Assembly: GCA_963831535.1 (NCBI GenBank)
Contig: CAWHQP010000003.1
Coordinates: 131,366 to 195,365, forward strand
From: an uncultured Acidimicrobiaceae bacterium
Lineage (GTDB): Bacteria; Actinomycetota; Acidimicrobiia; Acidimicrobiales; RAAP-2
Direction: 5' to 3'
DNA length: 64,000 bases
The stretch's first letter is position 1. Every line of letters starts with the position of its first letter. Shown here one piece after another: positions 61,584-64,000 of the stretch. A program made the translations under genes and the position numbers. The notes below the pieces were generated by a model, which did not search any database, was not told the origin of the DNA, and was given only the letters and a program-made list of their open reading frames with translations.

Positions 61584-61821
61584 CGATCGGCCCTTCGACG
61601 GCAAGTCCGGATGGAAATCAGGGTTCCCGAGTCTACGGAGTGGCCGTTGTCCGCGCCACCACGGTCCGCCAGGGGCAGCGGTGGAGGATAGACTGAAGGA
61701 GCTGGGTCGTGGTACTGGGCGCCGGTCGGCGGTGGGCCGGCGTGAGAGAGGGGAGTGGGGGGTGGTGACAGCATTTAGCGCCGATTCCAGCCGTGTCCGC
61801 GCCCCACAGCGCGGCTGCCGG

Positions 61822-62889
61822 GTGGTCACCACGTCGCTGACGGCTCGGGTGTTGTTAGCCAACCAGCTGCGCTCGCTCGGGGAGACGCACTGGACGGTGA
61901 TCAGCGGCGACGCCTATGACGATCCGCCCGACGGGGTGGAGGTCGAGGTGATACCCATTCGACGTGAGTTCGCGCTCTCCGACCTCAACGCCTTCCTCCG
62001 ACTCTGGCAGGTCCTGCGTCGGCGCCGGTTCGATTTCGTGCAGACGCATACTCCGAAGGCCTCCTTCCTGGGTCTGCCTGCGGCCCGTCTGGCCGGCAGC
62101 ACGGCCATCTACACCATCCACGGCTCGTTGTACTTCGCCGGGAACGGACGTGTCGCCAATCTTCTGGGCTGGTGCTTCGAGCGATGGTGCTGCACGTGGG
62201 CGCATCGGGTGCTGGTGCAGAGCGCCGAAGACCAGCGTGTCCTTCCCCAGGTGTACATCTGTCCCCGGAGCAAGTTGGACTATGTGGGTAACGGCATCGT
62301 CGTGGACCGGTTCTTATCCCCCGTGCCCCCTGCGCTGGCTTCGCCCCGGCCCATCGTGCTGATGATCAGTCGACTGGTGCGCGAGAAGGGATGCGAGGAT
62401 TTCCTGCGCATGGCGGCAGAACTGTCCGACCGCGCCGACTTCGTCCACGTCGGACCGTCCGAACACGACCAGAGCGACGCCCTCCCCGAATCAGTGGTGC
62501 GGGCCGCCGCCGACGCTGGGACGGTGACGTTCATCGGCGCTGTCGACGACGTCCGTCCGTATCTGGCATCGGCTGCCGTGGTGGTACTCCCGTCCTTCCG
62601 GGAAGGCATACCCCGTGCCGCCATGGAGGCCGCGGTATCCGGCCGACCGGTCGCGGCCTACGACATTCGAGGTGTGCGAGAGGTGATCGATCAGCAGACG
62701 GGACTGTTGGCACCCCGGGGCGACTGGCGGGCACTCACTGCCGTGGTCGACGGACTGTTGAAGGACCCCGAGCGGTGCGCCGAACTCGGCGTCCGTTGTC
62801 GGGAACGGGTGGTCTCCCAGTTCTCCGAGGAACAGGTACTCGAGCGTCTCCGTGCCGTCTATAGCTCGCTGGCCGAGGTGGCGGCGTGA
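61822..62889 (+). CDS. GT4-family glycosyltransferase; intact
   Basis: This is the 3' part of ORF 61681..62889. A GTG near 61822 gives VVTTSLTARVLLANQLRSL...FDFVQTHTPKASFLG...IHGSLYF...LVQSAEDQRV...VLMISRLVREKGCEDFL...VVVLPSFREGIPRAAMEAAVSGRPVAAYDIRGVREVI (EX7E region). The start codon is uncertain; 61762 and 61681 are alternatives. Confidence 0.8.
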   Translation: MVTTSLTARVLLANQLRSLGETHWTVISGDAYDDPPDGVEVEVIPIRREFALSDLNAFLRLWQVLRRRRFDFVQTHTPKASFLGLPAARLAGSTAIYTIHGSLYFAGNGRVANLLGWCFERWCCTWAHRVLVQSAEDQRVLPQVYICPRSKLDYVGNGIVVDRFLSPVPPALASPRPIVLMISRLVREKGCEDFLRMAAELSDRADFVHVGPSEHDQSDALPESVVRAAADAGTVTFIGAVDDVRPYLASAAVVVLPSFREGIPRAAMEAAVSGRPVAAYDIRGVREVIDQQTGLLAPRGDWRALTAVVDGLLKDPERCAELGVRCRERVVSQFSEEQVLERLRAVYSSLAEVAA

Positions 62890-63635
62890 TGCCGGACGTC
62901 CGACTGACCGTGGATGTCGAGGACTGGTATGACGGCATGGAGGTACTCGGAGAACGCATCCCCCGCCCGGAGGGTGCGGCCAGCGGCTTGGCCGAACTGG
63001 GGGCACTGGTTGGTTCGATCGACGGCACGGCCAGGCTGACACTGTTCGTGGTGGGTAACTACGCCATGAGGGTGCGGGCGGAGCTCGCCGAATTGGCGGC
63101 CGCGGGACATGAGATCGCCAGCCATGGGCCCGACCACGGCCGGTTGCCCGATGACCCGACCACGCTGGTGGAATGGCTACGGCGTGGCCGATCGGAGTTG
63201 GAGGATCTGATCCAGCAACCCGTCTGTGGGTTCCGCTCCCCCCGGTTCGACATCCCCCCCGCCGTCGGCCTCCACGGCTTCCGTCACCTTCTGGCCGAGG
63301 CGGGCTTCGCCTACGTGTCCGATACCAGTCGCTTGGGGGAGGCCTCACCGATCCACGAACTTCCCGTACTCACTACGAGCACCTTTCCCATCGGCGGAGG
63401 CAGTTACCAGCGCCTGCTCCCGAGGTGGGTGACCGAAGGTGTCGTGGGCCGGACGTCCGGGGTGGCAGTGCTCTACTACCATTCGTACGACTTCGGCGCC
63501 ACGCTCCCCAGTACCGTTTCCATCCGATCACTGGCCGTGGCCAAACAGCTCCTAGGGAGGGCCAGGGTGAGCAAGACGTTTTCCACCATCCTCAAACGAC
63601 ACGGCAGCAAGGTGTGTGGTCATGCCGAGCGGTGA
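62886..63635 (+). CDS. Polysaccharide deacetylase-family protein (NodB-fold, DUF3473-type)
   Basis: Intact ORF, 249 aa: RLTVDVEDWYDG...LTLFVVGNYAMRVRAELAELAAAGHEIASHGPDHGRL...GFRSPRFDI...LLPRW...VLYYHSYDF. The start overlaps the GT4 stop as GTGATG. Confidence 0.75.
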   Translation: MMPDVRLTVDVEDWYDGMEVLGERIPRPEGAASGLAELGALVGSIDGTARLTLFVVGNYAMRVRAELAELAAAGHEIASHGPDHGRLPDDPTTLVEWLRRGRSELEDLIQQPVCGFRSPRFDIPPAVGLHGFRHLLAEAGFAYVSDTSRLGEASPIHELPVLTTSTFPIGGGSYQRLLPRWVTEGVVGRTSGVAVLYYHSYDFGATLPSTVSIRSLAVAKQLLGRARVSKTFSTILKRHGSKVCGHAER

Positions 63636-64000
63636 GTTCGAGACCTACTTCCATCAGCGGGCCCGCCGTTTCGCCAGCTTCTACTCCAGCGAGCCGGTCT
63701 CCAGGATGCTCGGGCGCGGTGCCTTGTTCGACCGGCTCCGATGGGCGGCCGACGTGACGGTGGGCCTGTCACCGTCACGGGTGCTCGATGTCGGATGTGG
63801 GAGCGGACCGCTGTTCGCGCCGCTGGCCGGCAAGGGGATCCATGTGACCGGCATCGATCCTGCTGAAGCCATGGTGGCCCTGGCCCGGCAGGAGGCGTCC
63901 ACCTTTCCCGGCTTGGTCGACGTCGAGCAGCGCAGCTGGGAACAGCTGACCGAGGTGGATGCCTATGACGTCGCCGTGGCCCTCGGGGTGTTCGACTACG
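63622..64000 (+). CDS. Class I SAM-dependent methyltransferase; 3' end beyond the window
   Basis: Absent from the ORF track because it has no stop in the window. My own translation from ATG 63622 gives MPSGEFETYFHQRARRFASFYSSEPVSRMLGRGALFDRLRWAADVTVGLSPSRVLDVGCGSGPLFAPLAGKGIHVTGIDPAEAMVALARQE...YDVAVALGVFDY. This contains the motif I sequence VLDVGCGSG. It overlaps the deacetylase 3' end by 14 nt. Confidence 0.75.
   Translation, partial: MPSGEFETYFHQRARRFASFYSSEPVSRMLGRGALFDRLRWAADVTVGLSPSRVLDVGCGSGPLFAPLAGKGIHVTGIDPAEAMVALARQEASTFPGLVDVEQRSWEQLTEVDAYDVAVALGVFDY

Overview
Very GC-rich (about 70% by eye) actinobacterium-like chromosomal segment with about 55 genes. I recognised no rRNA, tRNA, CRISPR array, transposase or integrase.

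Layout:
- (i) 1-5.2 kb: a gamma-glutamyl polyamine-catabolism-like cluster. It holds a PlsC-like acyltransferase, a GlnA/PuuA-like synthetase, an SDR, a PuuD-like amidohydrolase and an aldehyde dehydrogenase.
- (ii) 5.3-14 kb: GT4 glycosyltransferase, SDR, MMPL exporter, MFS, acyl-CoA ligase and an SSADH-like ALDH.
- (iii) 14-29.3 kb: a housekeeping block in an order typical of Actinobacteria. It runs iscS-mnmA-ligA, PASTA Ser/Thr kinase, a small HIT-like protein, an orphan Dam-class methyltransferase, SDR, MFS, SCP2, esterase and gatCAB.
- (iv) 29.3-38.3 kb: an accessory stretch with visibly lower third-position GC. It holds a membrane-anchored GH43-like protein with Lys/Pro tandem repeats, a 1.26-kb ORF-free gap and an internally duplicated Cys-containing secreted protein. 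It also holds a CDF transporter, a DUF218 protein, a DxD hypothetical and a LuxR regulator with a degenerate GGDEF-like module.
- (v) 38.3-64 kb: a large surface-glycan locus. It contains PAP2, epimerase, UDP-sugar dehydrogenase, CapD-like dehydratase, a PCP/pseudo-BY-kinase and a Wzy-like membrane protein. It also contains five GT4/GT2 genes, WbsX, Wzm/Wzt, an AsnB-like amidotransferase, three unrelated sulfotransferases, a deacetylase and a methyltransferase.

The most striking global feature is that many recognisable genes are broken by +/-1 frameshifts. The breaks are strongly clustered at 0.65-5.9 kb, 14.8-15.5 kb and especially 47.3-60.6 kb. Multi-kb runs of core genes are intact.

I annotate broken genes as single pseudogene-type spans and name the ORF-track fragments that compose them. 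Frameshift positions are approximate and were read by eye. Many long ORFs in the track are antisense or off-frame shadows typical of high-GC DNA and are not reported as genes.
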